Source of the DNA: the human T2T-CHM13v2.0 reference genome, Homo sapiens
Reading direction: 5' to 3' (one strand)
NCBI RefSeq assembly: GCF_009914755.1
Contig: NC_060927.1
DNA: 64,000 bases
The notes under the pieces were generated by a model. That model had not been told where the DNA came from, ran no database searches, and saw only the letters and a program-made list of their open reading frames with translations. A program made the position numbers and the translations under genes. The first letter of the stretch is position 1; every line of letters starts with the position of its first letter. Shown here one piece after another: positions 63,901 through 64,000 of this stretch.

Positions 63901-64000
63901 CACAAACTATATATTATATACTGTACATAAAATATCAAAGTACCCAAGGTATATATTCTATAGTGTACAAAAAATATCAAAGTACCCAAAGCATGTATTA

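Larger units (their letters stand above)
1..64000 (+). repeat. HSat1A (SAR / classical human satellite I) tandem array, 42-bp monomer; runs off both ends of the window
   Basis: Seen: a continuous 42-bp unit with two GTAC (RsaI) sites giving alternating 17-bp (gtacataaaatatcaaa) and 25-bp (gtacccaaactatatattatatact) pieces; very AT-rich; same orientation throughout. Established: the 17+25-bp RsaI A/B structure and 42-bp monomer define human satellite I/HSat1A. The species and chromosome cannot be fixed from the window alone. Confidence 0.96.

Noticed and set aside
1-64000. CRISPR-like repeat-spacer appearance (conserved gtacataaaatat alternating with variable segments)
   Set aside because: The variable parts are homologous to each other and cycle in a fixed order of nine. 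They are not unique spacers, and there are no cas genes or leader.
1-64000. Alpha satellite, CENP-B boxes, HSat2/3 or HSat1B
   Set aside because: There is no 171-bp period, no TTCG....A..CGGG motif, no (CATTC)n, and no Alu-containing 2.4-kb unit.
1-64000. TATA-box-like motifs (tatataaaa) and hormone-response half-site-like TGTAC/TGTTC motifs
   Set aside because: These are unavoidable products of the AT-rich monomer, and nothing supports promoter or enhancer function.
1-64000. Inversions or transposon (Alu/L1) insertions interrupting the array
   Set aside because: I read through the window and found no reverse-orientation monomers (for example tttgatattttatgtac) and no non-satellite sequence.
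1-64000. AT-rich protist, organellar or endosymbiont repeat-protein gene
   Set aside because: The 17+25-bp RsaI structure and 378-bp 9-mer fit primate HSat1A, and reading frames are not preserved.
1-64000. Assignment to a specific chromosome (3, 4, 13, 14, 15, 21 or 22)
   Set aside because: There is no flanking unique sequence; this needs alignment to T2T assemblies.

Overview
The whole 64-kb window is one uninterrupted, single-orientation array of an extremely AT-rich satellite. It has a 42-bp monomer (consensus about GTACATAAAATATCAAA+GTACCCAAACTATATATTATATACT, i.e. 17-bp and 25-bp RsaI sub-units) organised into a 9-monomer, 378-bp higher-order repeat (HOR). This matches human/great-ape classical satellite HSat1A (SAR, satellite I), known from chr3/chr4 centromeric regions and the acrocentric short arms. 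I see no genes, RNA genes, transposons, CRISPR arrays or unique sequence. All listed ORFs are artefacts of a 42-bp (14-codon) unit with one stop-free frame. I found no new biological system. What is worth a second look is the internal architecture: recurrent HOR length variants (373, 377, 336, 251/252, 536, 583 bp), local tandem duplications (913, 1291, 1880, 2886, 2960, 3002 bp), dispersed multi-kb copies (offsets 11287, 13528, 20288, 35835, 52947 bp), mosaic junctions, a more diverged patch near 39.2-40.3 kb, and a variant-created AT palindrome. Periods were derived by hand from ORF-start offsets and shared rare variants, so block boundaries are approximate.
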